This document shows, piece by piece, positions 16,474 through 25,642 of a stretch of DNA of 64,000 nucleotides. Position numbers and translations under genes: made by a program. The notes below the pieces were generated by a model. That model saw nothing but the letters and a program-made list of their open reading frames with translations. It had not been told where the DNA came from and did not search any database. Source of the DNA: an uncultured Gammaproteobacteria bacterium. GTDB lineage: Bacteria; Patescibacteriota; Microgenomatia; Levybacterales; UBA12049. The DNA is taken from NCBI GenBank assembly GCA_964391315.1, contig CAYMJR010000002.1:89223-153222 (forward strand), read 5' to 3'. Numbering within the stretch: position 1 is the first letter of the stretch; every line of letters starts with the position of its first letter.

Positions 16474-16842
16474 ATGAAATACGCAGTTTTTGCCTCAGGC
16501 GGCAAGCAATATAAAGTAAGTGAAGGTTCAGTTGTTGAGCTTGAAAAACTCCCAATTGAAGCAGGAAAAGATGTTGTTTTTGACAATGTCCTCTTACTTT
16601 CAGAAGATGGCATCGTTTCTGTTGGTCAGCCAACTGTTTTTGGTGTTTCAATTACAGCCAAAGTTTTGGATCAAATTAAAGCACGAAAAGTACGCGTTGC
16701 TAAATTTAAAGCAAAGGCTCGATACCGCAAAGTATATGGACACCGACAACAATTGACCAAAGTTGAGATTCAAACAATCGGAAAAGCAGCAAAAAAAGCA
16801 GAGAGTAAAGCTTCTGAAGAAAAAGAGAAAAAAGCAAAATAA
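16474..16842 (+). CDS. rplU: 50S ribosomal protein L21
   Basis: MKYAVFASGGKQYKVSEGSVV is the canonical L21 N-terminus. The protein has a Lys/Glu-rich C-terminal tail. Confidence 0.95.
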   Translation: MKYAVFASGGKQYKVSEGSVVELEKLPIEAGKDVVFDNVLLLSEDGIVSVGQPTVFGVSITAKVLDQIKARKVRVAKFKAKARYRKVYGHRQQLTKVEIQTIGKAAKKAESKASEEKEKKAK

Positions 16843-16852
16843 ATAACACTAT

Positions 16853-16881
16853 TTGACATTTGTGAAAAGATATAGTAGGAT
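16853..16881 (+). promoter_or_regulatory. Sigma70-like promoter for rpmA (TTGACA-17 nt-TAGGAT)
   Basis: TTGACA is at 16853-16858, followed by a 17-nt spacer and TAGGAT at 16876-16881, with the rpmA ATG at 16901. Confidence 0.45.
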
Positions 16882-16900
16882 TTTCACAATATAACAAACT

Positions 16901-17152
16901 ATGGCACATACAAAAGCACAAGGATCAGTTAAAGGAAATAGAGATTCACGACCAAAGCGCCGTGGTATCAAATTGTATGGTGGACAACAGGCAATGCCTG
17001 GCAATATCATTGTGCGCCAAAGTGGTACTAAATTCTTTGCTGGTGAAGGCGTCTTGATGGGTAAAGATTACACACTTTTTGCAGTTGCAGAAGGAAAAGT
17101 TGCATTTAAAACACGTAATGGTAAACAAATAGTCGAAGTTATTAATGGATAA
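16901..17152 (+). CDS. rpmA: 50S ribosomal protein L27
   Basis: [29 protein letters not shown] is the canonical L27 N-terminus. There is no N-terminal propeptide. Confidence 0.95.
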   Translation: MAHTKAQGSVKGNRDSRPKRRGIKLYGGQQAMPGNIIVRQSGTKFFAGEGVLMGKDYTLFAVAEGKVAFKTRNGKQIVEVING

Positions 17153-17981
17153 TTTTGCATCAGATAGAATTTACGAACTCGAAACGCATCAATTGCAATC
17201 CAACCCACTGCAACCCCGCGGTGTTATTACTCCCGACTCTTTAACTGATCTTGTTGAATCAATCCGTGAACAAGGTATTTTGGAACCAATTGTTGTTGCA
17301 CGTACGCCAGCTGGCTATCAAATTATCGCAGGTGAGCGCCGATGGAGAGCTGCAAAAGTGTTGGGACTTGCAAAAGTTCCGGTTGTTGTTAAAGAAACAA
17401 CTCCTCAAGGTATGCTTGAAATGTCAATTGTAGAAAACGTTCAGCGTGAAGACCTCAACCCGATCGAACGAGCCCTCGCTTACCGACGATTGATTGACGA
17501 ATTCAGTCTTGGAACAACAGAAGTTGCAAAACGTGTCGGAAAGAGTGTTCCTACAATTTCAAATACCATTAGGTTGTTGTCATTACCAGATGCTATTAAA
17601 GATGCACTGGTTGCTGGAGTCATCACAGAAGGTCACGTACGGCCTTTGCTATCACTTGGGGAGCACAAATTGATGCTTGATGTCTTTAAGACTATTCTTC
17701 GTGATAATTACACTGTACGCCAGACAGAGGAATATGCCCGTAAAGTAAAAGGAGAAGTACAGGAGAAAGAACCAAGTCACAATAAAGAAATTCTTTATAT
17801 CCCAGAACAGGATCAGATGGCAAAAGCAATTGAAGAATGGCTGATTGATGATATTGTTAGAAAAGTAAAAGTCAAAATTGACCAATCACGAAGTAAGGCA
17901 AGAGTTCTTATTGAAGTTAATGGTACCCCTGAAGAAACAACGAGAAAAATTGAAGCAATCCACAAAGCACTTAGTGAGTAA
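17145..17981 (+). CDS. parB: ParB/Spo0J-family chromosome partitioning protein
   Basis: It has the ParB box [28 protein letters not shown] and an HTH ([22 protein letters not shown]). Its start overlaps the rpmA stop by 8 nt. No parA is adjacent. Confidence 0.9.
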   Translation: MDNFASDRIYELETHQLQSNPLQPRGVITPDSLTDLVESIREQGILEPIVVARTPAGYQIIAGERRWRAAKVLGLAKVPVVVKETTPQGMLEMSIVENVQREDLNPIERALAYRRLIDEFSLGTTEVAKRVGKSVPTISNTIRLLSLPDAIKDALVAGVITEGHVRPLLSLGEHKLMLDVFKTILRDNYTVRQTEEYARKVKGEVQEKEPSHNKEILYIPEQDQMAKAIEEWLIDDIVRKVKVKIDQSRSKARVLIEVNGTPEETTRKIEAIHKALSE

Positions 17982-18534
17982 AGGGGTTATGGACAATCCT
18001 CATGGTATTGATAGGCCAGTAGACAAAGAATGATTTTCCAATAATTGCTGATCTTTTGAGATATCCCCATTCACGTGAATCAGAACTAAAGGGACGATTA
18101 TCTCCCATCACGAGAAAAGAATCATCAGGCACAGTGACTGGTTGGTCCTCTTTGAGAAACGCTCCACCATATGTCCGTACATCACTCCCAAGATATGCAC
18201 TTTCATCAAGTTTTTTCCCATTTACATATACAAATCCATCTTTCAGCATCACGGAGTCACCTGGTGAACCGATAACGCGTTTGATAAAGTCTTTTTCTGC
18301 ATCAGTTGGTGCTTTGAAGACAATGACATCGCCTCTTTTTGGATCTCCAAATCGAAGAGTAATAAGATTTGTCAGTATGTATTCTTTGTCTTTAAATGTC
18401 GGGAACATAGATTCACCGCTTACCTGAAACGGACGGAATAAGAAAATATAAATGACGAGAAAGACTGATGCAGCGAGAAGGATTGTTTGCATGGTATCGA
18501 TGAAGAAGAAGTATATTTTACGGAGAATTTCCAT
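17971..18534 (-). CDS. lepB: Signal peptidase I
   Basis: It has an N-terminal TM, the catalytic Ser box VSGESMFPTF, the Lys box KRVIGSPGD, and GDNRPFSSDSREWG. Confidence 0.92.
   Translation of the reverse strand: MEILRKIYFFFIDTMQTILLAASVFLVIYIFLFRPFQVSGESMFPTFKDKEYILTNLITLRFGDPKRGDVIVFKAPTDAEKDFIKRVIGSPGDSVMLKDGFVYVNGKKLDESAYLGSDVRTYGGAFLKEDQPVTVPDDSFLVMGDNRPFSSDSREWGYLKRSAIIGKSFFVYWPINTMRIVHNPFTH
18069..18080. promoter_or_regulatory. parS-like palindrome ATTCACGTGAAT (12/16 match to consensus TGTTTCACGTGAAACA)
   Basis: A 12-bp perfect palindrome whose central 10 bp (TTCACGTGAA) equal the parS core. It lies 88 nt downstream of the parB stop, inside lepB. No other CACGTG site in the window extends to the core. 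Confidence 0.3.
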
Positions 18535-18589
18535 AGAAATTATTATCTCAATTGGGATGCGTGTTTGTCAATCAAAAATTGATGGGAAA

Positions 18590-19333
18590 TTAATTATTGA
18601 GAAACGCTTTTGCTACAAATCGTTTAACGAATGATTTACTTTTTTCCTTCATGACAAGTTGTTTATGCCTATTGACGCTTTTGACTGTACGGTAAGGATA
18701 TTCAAAGTATGAAGTAATTTTTTTAAATCGTCTGAAAGAGGAGTTTACGATTAATGTTTTATCATGTTCAATTTTACCTACTGATGCAAGATGAATTGCA
18801 AGGTCGATATCTTCGTGAACATCATGGTCATTAAGACAGACAGATTTTTTTACTTTTTCCCATGCGTTTTTGCGGATTGCCATATTTGGTCCTAAAAGGC
18901 AGTCATGTCCAAGCGCTGTTCGCATAAGCATAAAATATGATTTTTGTGATTGCATTGCTGCCTGTTTTGCCAATTCGTTTGATAAATCATAGGTTGTTGC
19001 TTCTCCTGAAACAGCAACGACATCATCATTGATAAAGTTTTGTTTGATTTTTTTAATCCAATCATGAGGGACGATGGTATCAGCATCGGTGCGGGCGATA
19101 ATTTCATAGCGTGCTTCATTAAATCCACGATTTCGTGCTGAAATCATCCCTTGTTGAGATTCGTTGACTATTCGTATGGGATACTTTGCGATAATGTCTG
19201 CTGTTTTATCAGTCGAGTTATTGTTAACAACAATAATCTCATCAGGTTTCTCTTCCTGTTTCATGAGTGCGTCAAGACAATTACCGATGTAATTTTCTTC
19301 ATTGTAAGCTGGTACAACAACCGAAACTTTCAT
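18590..19333 (-). CDS. Glycosyltransferase family 2
   Basis: MKVSVVVPAYNEENYIGNCLDAL..IIVVNNNSTDKTADI..TDADT has the GT-A fold DxD pattern. Confidence 0.85.
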   Translation of the reverse strand: MKVSVVVPAYNEENYIGNCLDALMKQEEKPDEIIVVNNNSTDKTADIIAKYPIRIVNESQQGMISARNRGFNEARYEIIARTDADTIVPHDWIKKIKQNFINDDVVAVSGEATTYDLSNELAKQAAMQSQKSYFMLMRTALGHDCLLGPNMAIRKNAWEKVKKSVCLNDHDVHEDIDLAIHLASVGKIEHDKTLIVNSSFRRFKKITSYFEYPYRTVKSVNRHKQLVMKEKSKSFVKRFVAKAFLNN

Positions 19334-19410
19334 AAGCCTATTGTACTATGTTGGTCAATAGACCACAAGTTTTAATGTTTTTCGCTGAAAAAATAGTATA
19401 TACTACGGTT

Positions 19411-20136
19411 ATGAATCCTAAGATCTCTGTTATTCTTGCCGCGTATAATGAAGAAAAGCTTTTGCCTCGGTGTTTAAAATCTTTACAGGCGCAAACGTTT
19501 CCTAAAGATCAATTTGAAATTATCCTTGTCGATAATAATTCAACAGATAAGACAGCAGAAATTGGAAACGAATTTGGAGTAAGAGTTTATCCATATACAA
19601 AAATACAAGGAGCAGGAGCAGCACGTAAATATGGAATAACCTACGCGAAAGGGGAAATTATTGCCGTAACTGATCCGGATAGTGTAGTTACTCCTGATTG
19701 GTTGGAACAAATAAACAAGCTTTTTGATAATCCAAAGATTGTCTGTATTGGTGGACCAGGGAGATCTGATACAAAAGATATACTGGCAGATATCATTTAT
19801 GCATTTGTTGATAATTTTTGGAGACTCAACAGGATGTTTGGTAAACCTCTTGTATGGGGGTTTAATATGGCATTTCGGAAAAAAGCATATGATGAAGTGG
19901 GTGGATTTAATGAGGAGCTTTTATCAAGTGAAGATTGGGATCTCTCATTTCGTTTGAATAATCGATTTGGAAAAAACAGTTTCTTGTTTGACTACCAATT
20001 AAAAGCATATACTTCTTCTCGTAAACTGAATAAGATGAACTATCTCGGAAAATATACTGTTGATGCATTGCGCAACTATTTTGATTTTGTCATTTTTGGT
20101 AAAAAGAAGGCTGTTCCTACATTTACTGTCCGGTAA
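19411..20136 (+). CDS. Glycosyltransferase family 2
   Basis: It reads MNPKISVILAAYNEEKLLPRCLKSL..ILVDNNSTDKTAEI..TDPDS. The gene is divergent from its paralogue at 18590-19333. The track start at 19348 is an extension. Confidence 0.85.
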   Translation: MNPKISVILAAYNEEKLLPRCLKSLQAQTFPKDQFEIILVDNNSTDKTAEIGNEFGVRVYPYTKIQGAGAARKYGITYAKGEIIAVTDPDSVVTPDWLEQINKLFDNPKIVCIGGPGRSDTKDILADIIYAFVDNFWRLNRMFGKPLVWGFNMAFRKKAYDEVGGFNEELLSSEDWDLSFRLNNRFGKNSFLFDYQLKAYTSSRKLNKMNYLGKYTVDALRNYFDFVIFGKKKAVPTFTVR

Positions 20137-20152
20137 ATTTGTTCCCCACAAT

Positions 20153-20181
20153 TTGTTATTAGCTGCGACATATACTATAAT
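20153..20181 (+). promoter_or_regulatory. Sigma70-like promoter (TTGTTA-17 nt-TATAAT) for the GT4 operon
   Basis: TTGTTA is at 20153-20158, followed by a 17-nt spacer and TATAAT at 20176-20181. The ATG is at 20196 and an in-frame GTG at 20187. Confidence 0.45.
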
Positions 20182-20195
20182 AGTCGGTGAATTCA

Positions 20196-21434
20196 ATGAA
20201 AATTGGTTTTTTTACTGATAGTTACCTGCCACAATTAGATGGTATGGCAACATCTGTTGAAATTTGTGCTCATGCATTGGAAGAACGAGGACATGAGGTA
20301 TACATTATTGCTCCAAGATATCCCCGCTATAAAGATATTACCCCAAATGTTTATCGGTTAACATCTTTTAAATTTGTTGATACACCCGAAATGCGATGGA
20401 CCTTGCAATTACCTGAAAGACCTTTACTCAAAATTCTGAGAATCAATTTTGATCTCATTCATGGACATTCTGGTGGTGGAATGACTTTGTTAGGTCTGGA
20501 AATTGCTCGAGCGAAAGGTATTCCTTTTGTCGGTACATATCACACGATGGTTAGTCATTATGCACATTATTTCTTTAATGGGAAAATAGTTACTCCAAAA
20601 ATGCTCGAATTTGCCACGAAGTTTATTGGTAATTTATGTGATTATCTTATTGCACCAACAGAACGGGTGAAAAAAGACCTTGTTATGTATGGGGTGAAAA
20701 GGCAAATTGAAGTAATTCCAAGTGGAATTGATTTAGATAATTATAAAAATATTGAGAAAGGATTTATTCGAAATTCAGTTGATGTCGCGAAAGATGCAAA
20801 AATTCTTTTGTATGTTGGGCGGTTGGGTAAAGAGAAATCAGTTGACTTTCTTATCCAGTCATTTGCATTGATTCATGAGAAAAGTCCTGATACTGTTCTT
20901 GTATTAGTTGGAGAAGGTCCAGAAAAAAGAAAATTAAAAAGACTTGTTCAATCGTTAAAGTTAAAAGACCACGTAATCTTTTTTGGCAGTGTCAATCATC
21001 ATGAGATCCCAAAAGTTTATGCTGATGCCGATATTTTTGTTTTTGCTTCTCGTACAGAAACACAGGGATTGGTGCTTCTTGAAGCACTTGCATCAAATCT
21101 TCCAGTTGTTGCTGTGGAGGATGATGCTTTTGATAATGTGATCAAAATTTCCAAAAACGGATACTTGGTAAAACCAGACGAAAAACGTTTTGCAGCAAAA
21201 ACATTGGATCTTCTCCATAATCAACGCTTATATAAAAGTTTTTCTGAAGCAGCTGGGAAAAGTGCACAAAAATTTGCAGTCGAAAATACTGCAATCTATT
21301 TGGAAAGACTCTATGAACAGGTTATTAGAGAGAAGGAAAAACAAAATAAAAATAGCATTCCAGTAAAAAGCATCAATAGCGTTAAAGAATTTTTATCAAA
21401 AGCAAACTATAAATTAAGAAAGTACTACGAATGA
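20196..21434 (+). CDS. Glycosyltransferase family 4 (GT-B, group 1)
   Basis: It has MKIGFFTDSYLPQLDGMATSV at the N-terminus and the C-terminal EX7E region FVFASRTETQGLVLLEALASNLPVVA. Confidence 0.88.
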   Translation: MKIGFFTDSYLPQLDGMATSVEICAHALEERGHEVYIIAPRYPRYKDITPNVYRLTSFKFVDTPEMRWTLQLPERPLLKILRINFDLIHGHSGGGMTLLGLEIARAKGIPFVGTYHTMVSHYAHYFFNGKIVTPKMLEFATKFIGNLCDYLIAPTERVKKDLVMYGVKRQIEVIPSGIDLDNYKNIEKGFIRNSVDVAKDAKILLYVGRLGKEKSVDFLIQSFALIHEKSPDTVLVLVGEGPEKRKLKRLVQSLKLKDHVIFFGSVNHHEIPKVYADADIFVFASRTETQGLVLLEALASNLPVVAVEDDAFDNVIKISKNGYLVKPDEKRFAAKTLDLLHNQRLYKSFSEAAGKSAQKFAVENTAIYLERLYEQVIREKEKQNKNSIPVKSINSVKEFLSKANYKLRKYYE

Positions 21435-24055
21435 ATATCCTTTTCCTCGCAAGACGCTTCTATCCTGATGTTGGCGGTGTTGAAAAGCACGTTCTGGAAA
21501 TAAGCAAACGTTTAGCTTCTCAAGGCCAAAAGATAACTATAATTACTCAATCACAAAATAGCAACAAAAAAGATATTTTAGCCAGTAATATAAGTATTAT
21601 TCGTATTCCTCAACATGGAAGAAAAAATGAAAAATTTTTTATTTGGAGATGGTTTTGGAAAAATAGAAATTTGTTACAAGCAGCTGATATTATTCATTGT
21701 CACGATGTTTTTTATTGGTATTTTCCTTTTCGTTTTCTTTACCCTCAAAAACCTGTTTTTACTACATTTCATGGATATGAAAGTTATCCGATAAAGATAA
21801 AAGCAATAGTTGTTAGAAAAATTTCAGAAGCTCTCTCTTTTGGGAATATTTGTATTGGTGATTTTATTAAGAAATGGTACGACACCAAACCAACTATCGT
21901 TTCATACGGAGCTGTTGATCGTTCAAAGTTTGAAGTTCAAAGTACAAAGTTGAGTAAGGAATCTGCGGTATTTTTTGGAAGACTTGATGAACAGACAGGA
22001 GTAGAGACGTATGTAAAAGCATTTGAAATTTTAAAAGAGAAATACCCAAAATTTGAAATGTTAGTCGTTGGAGATGGAAAATATAAAAAAAGAATTGAGA
22101 AGAAAGTGAAAGTAATCGGTTTTCAAGATACTGTTGAAAAATATCTTCATCGATATCGTTTTGCATTTGTCTCACGATATCTTTCCATACTTGAAGCCTT
22201 TGCTGCAAAACGTTTAGTTTTTGCACTTTATGATAATCCGGTGAAAGAAGATTATTTACGGATGACTCCATTTGCAAAATATATGATTATCGAAAAAGAT
22301 CCTGAGAAGCTTGTGAGAAAGGTAGAGTTTATTATGGATCATCCGAAAGTTGAAAAAAAGATGATAGAAAGCGCATATTCATTTGTCAAAAAACAAACAT
22401 GGGATAATTTAGTTGTTCTCTATCTCAACCTTTGGAAGCAAGAAAAAACTTCAAATCTTACTCAAAAAAAGAAAATATTTTCTGGAAGCATTGCTTTTAT
22501 TTTTTCAATTATTCTTTTTCTTGCTTGTATTCTGTATCAAATTAATTTACCTTATGTTGGTCCAAATGCCACAACAGCTAATGCATATTCCTTAATTGCA
22601 CACAATTTTGTCAAATTTGGCTATTTACAAACAAAATTTGCACCAGTTATATCAATCAGCCCATATTTACCAAAAGAACCTGTCTATTATTTTCATCACC
22701 CTGTTTTACTTTCTTTTACAGAATCACTTTTATTTAGAGTCTTTGGAGAAGGCTTTTGGGTAGGAAGACTTTCTGTAATACTTTTTACCTTTGGATCATT
22801 TATTTTATTATATTTTATTGGAAAAGAATCAGCAGATAAAAAATTTGGTTTTTTTGCATTTTTAACAGCTTCATTAATCCCAGGGTATACGATATTTGGA
22901 AAATTGATTGATCATGAACCCTTGGTACTTTTTTATTGCTTATTAAGCCTATTCATAATCTTGAAATATTTCCATGAAAACAAAAAAGGATATATTGTTA
23001 TGGCATTATTTATTTCAGCTTTAGGTGTTATGAGTGATTGGCCAGCTGTTTATTTCCTTCCTTGTTTTCTACCGCTTTTTTTTAAATATAAAAAAATTCG
23101 TGTTGCTGGTTTACTCTTTCTTTCATCTTTTTTGGTTATCGCTTTTTTATTAGGGAGTATATATTTCATACGACCAATAGAGTTTCTCGAACTTTGGGAG
23201 CCAATACAACATAGTAGTATACATAATCTGCTGGTTGTTCCCGAATGGCCGCTTCGTTTTTTTGCGACGACATCCATTCGAACACTTATCTATTTTAGTC
23301 CTTTGCTTGTTATTTTTGCCCTGATAAATATCTATACAATTGTAAAAAACATAAAGAGAAAACAAATATCAGATAAAGATCTAGTAATAAGTGGGTTTGC
23401 TATTTTTGGTGGTTTCCATGTGCTGTTATATTCGTATGCTTCTTTTACTCATCCATATCTTGTTTATTATTTAATTCCATTTGTAGCTTTTAGTTCGGCG
23501 ATGTTTTTACAGAGATATTATGAAAAAAAATCATATAAATTTTTATTTATGATTTTTCTTTTTTGTTTCTTATATTTAATTACCATTCAAGTATATAAAA
23601 ACAAGCAGATTCTTGCAGATCTTTGGAGATATCAACTTATTGTAGCAGTCAGTAAATATCTTGCTCCATATGAGGAAGTTCAGGTTAATGGTCTTTCTGC
23701 ATTAAACTCAGATACTTTTTGGAGATTTTCTATTATTACTTTAGGTAATGACAATGTCTATTCACTAGACACTAAAAAATATAAACACTATATTCATTCT
23801 TGTCCGCAGATATGTAAATCTGACGACGTCCAAGTGCGTTATTTAAAGAAACGATACAACTACAAGCATTTTATTAATTCTGGTGGAGAAGCTTATATAT
23901 TCTTTATTCAACAAACAAAAATTTCTTCTGAACATGAAACTATTAATTTATCTCAATCAGACCAGCAGGTTAACAAAAAAGAAAATATCTTTGATAAGAA
24001 AGTTCACGATATATATCGAAGATTAAGAGATGCACTTCATGTGCCTCAGTTTTAA
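21431..24055 (+). CDS. Fusion protein: N-terminal GT4 (GT-B) domain plus C-terminal polytopic GT-C (PMT_2/ArnT-like) domain
   Basis: 874 aa. Residues 1-~335 carry MNILFLARRFYPDVGGVEKHV and LSILEAFAAKRLVFA (GT4). Residues ~345-800 have more than 10 TM helices, with HHPVLLSFTESLLFRVFGEGFWVGRLSVILFTFGSFILLYFIG typical of GT39/83-like proteins. Its start overlaps the upstream GT4 stop (ATGA). Confidence 0.75.
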   Translation: MNILFLARRFYPDVGGVEKHVLEISKRLASQGQKITIITQSQNSNKKDILASNISIIRIPQHGRKNEKFFIWRWFWKNRNLLQAADIIHCHDVFYWYFPFRFLYPQKPVFTTFHGYESYPIKIKAIVVRKISEALSFGNICIGDFIKKWYDTKPTIVSYGAVDRSKFEVQSTKLSKESAVFFGRLDEQTGVETYVKAFEILKEKYPKFEMLVVGDGKYKKRIEKKVKVIGFQDTVEKYLHRYRFAFVSRYLSILEAFAAKRLVFALYDNPVKEDYLRMTPFAKYMIIEKDPEKLVRKVEFIMDHPKVEKKMIESAYSFVKKQTWDNLVVLYLNLWKQEKTSNLTQKKKIFSGSIAFIFSIILFLACILYQINLPYVGPNATTANAYSLIAHNFVKFGYLQTKFAPVISISPYLPKEPVYYFHHPVLLSFTESLLFRVFGEGFWVGRLSVILFTFGSFILLYFIGKESADKKFGFFAFLTASLIPGYTIFGKLIDHEPLVLFYCLLSLFIILKYFHENKKGYIVMALFISALGVMSDWPAVYFLPCFLPLFFKYKKIRVAGLLFLSSFLVIAFLLGSIYFIRPIEFLELWEPIQHSSIHNLLVVPEWPLRFFATTSIRTLIYFSPLLVIFALINIYTIVKNIKRKQISDKDLVISGFAIFGGFHVLLYSYASFTHPYLVYYLIPFVAFSSAMFLQRYYEKKSYKFLFMIFLFCFLYLITIQVYKNKQILADLWRYQLIVAVSKYLAPYEEVQVNGLSALNSDTFWRFSIITLGNDNVYSLDTKKYKHYIHSCPQICKSDDVQVRYLKKRYNYKHFINSGGEAYIFFIQQTKISSEHETINLSQSDQQVNKKENIFDKKVHDIYRRLRDALHVPQF
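21921..21955 (+). repeat. Period-7 array (GTTCAAA GTTTGAA GTTCAAA GTACAAA GTTGAGT) inside the GT4::GT-C gene
   Basis: Read directly. It is translated as SKFEVQSTKLSK. Confidence 0.85.
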
Positions 24056-24096
24056 ATTGTAAATTAGATTGAAAATATGATATAACCATTGAGAAG

Positions 24097-24813
24097 ATGA
24101 AGAGCGAAATTCTAATTGTCATTCCAACATATAATGCACGGGATGGGATTATTGAAAATATAAAAAAAATTCAATCATTTGTTCCTCAAGCACATATTCT
24201 TATTGTCGACGATAATTCTCCAGACAAAACCGCTCAAATTGTAAATTCTTCTTTTGGCAATGATAAAAGAATAGAGGTTTTAGTGAGAAAGCAAAAAGGC
24301 GGCAGAGGGTCCGCAGTCATTGCAGGATTTAAAGAAGGATTAAAAAATAAAAACTTTCAGTATTTCATCGAAATGGACGCAGATCTTTGTCATAATCCCA
24401 AATATATTAAACAACTTATTACAAAATGTAAAAGAGCAGATGTAGTTATTGCATCCCGTTATTTGCCAAAGTCACGAATATATGGTTGGAACATCAAAAG
24501 AAAATTAATGAGTTTTTCTATAAATACCTATGCTAAATTATTTCTTCGCATTCCAATAAGTGATTATACAGATGGATTTCGATGTTATTCAAGAAAGGCA
24601 GTTGATTTTATTTGCTCTCATGAGATAAAATCACGAGGTTACATTGTCTTATCCGAAGTAGCATACCTTTGCTATAAAAATGGATTTACTTTTGGAGAAG
24701 TTCCAATTGATTTTCATTTCAAACAAATTACCAAGTCAAATTTGAACATGAAAGAAGTGAAGGAAGCAATGTCAACAATAATGAGATTACGATTTACAAA
24801 CTATGCAAACTAA
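24097..24813 (+). CDS. Polyprenyl-phosphate glycosyltransferase, Dpm1/Ppm1-like GT2
   Basis: It has IVIPTYNARDGI..ILIVDDNSPDKTAQIV..EMDADLCHNPKYI..ASRY..SDYTDGFRCY, which matches the dolichyl/polyprenyl-phosphate mannose synthase pattern. Confidence 0.8.
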   Translation: MKSEILIVIPTYNARDGIIENIKKIQSFVPQAHILIVDDNSPDKTAQIVNSSFGNDKRIEVLVRKQKGGRGSAVIAGFKEGLKNKNFQYFIEMDADLCHNPKYIKQLITKCKRADVVIASRYLPKSRIYGWNIKRKLMSFSINTYAKLFLRIPISDYTDGFRCYSRKAVDFICSHEIKSRGYIVLSEVAYLCYKNGFTFGEVPIDFHFKQITKSNLNMKEVKEAMSTIMRLRFTNYAN

Positions 24814-25642
24814 AAAAATTCAAATAAAAAAAACAATATCTGATAGTAAAAGAATTGAAAAATATTTTAGAAATTATTTGGCAATTGGTCCGCTTGGACT
24901 TGCCCTTTGGAGATCTGTTGAAGCAAAACATTTAGGACGTGTAACACTTAAACATCCCATTCTTGATCTTGGTTGCGGATTTGGAGAATTTGCTGTTGCT
25001 TATGCAGATGAACCAATAGACATGGGAATTGATATTAACAGTCGTGATCTTTATATAGCAGCGCAAACAAAAAAATATAAAAATCTTATGCTAGCTGATG
25101 CACGAGACCTTCCTTTTTCTGATAATACTTATGGTTCAATTTTTTCTATTAGTACACTTGAACATATTGAAAATTCAGATAAAGTCTTAAAAGAAGCGTA
25201 TAGAGTCCTTAAACCAGGGGGTATATTATTCCTAACTCTTGAGACAGATGAAGTAGATGCAGCGACATTTTATCGGCCATTTTTGAAACAAATTGGACTT
25301 CCTGGAGTAAGTAGTTTTGTTCAGAAAAAATATAATAAAATTTTCCACAGGGAGACATTACATCCAAAAGCAGTATGGAAGAAAAAAGTAGAAAAAGCAG
25401 GATTTATTTTGGAAAAGACACAAGATATTATTTCTCCAAAAGTAAACCGTCTTTTTGATATTCTGCTTGTGACAGCATGGCCATCACAAGTAGTAAAAGC
25501 TTTTCTTGGAAAAAGAATAGGTATGCATCCTCAATTTGTAACAGAATGGATGGTCAAAAAATTCTTAAAATATGTAAAAGAAGAAGAAAAAGAAGGGACA
25601 AATTTACTCATTCTTGCAAGAAAACCTAAAAAAAATGAATAA
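24803..25642 (+). CDS. Class I SAM-dependent methyltransferase
   Basis: It has motif I ILDLGCGFGEF and post-I/II motifs (LADARDLPF, LKPGGILFL). Confidence 0.8.
   Translation: MQTKKIQIKKTISDSKRIEKYFRNYLAIGPLGLALWRSVEAKHLGRVTLKHPILDLGCGFGEFAVAYADEPIDMGIDINSRDLYIAAQTKKYKNLMLADARDLPFSDNTYGSIFSISTLEHIENSDKVLKEAYRVLKPGGILFLTLETDEVDAATFYRPFLKQIGLPGVSSFVQKKYNKIFHRETLHPKAVWKKKVEKAGFILEKTQDIISPKVNRLFDILLVTAWPSQVVKAFLGKRIGMHPQFVTEWMVKKFLKYVKEEEKEGTNLLILARKPKKNE

Noticed and set aside
17861-17885. aaaagtaaaagtcaaaattgacc in parB as a sixth heptamer array
   Set aside because: It has at most 2-3 poorly matching units (KVKVKI). This is indistinguishable from an ordinary Lys/Val-rich stretch in AT-rich DNA.
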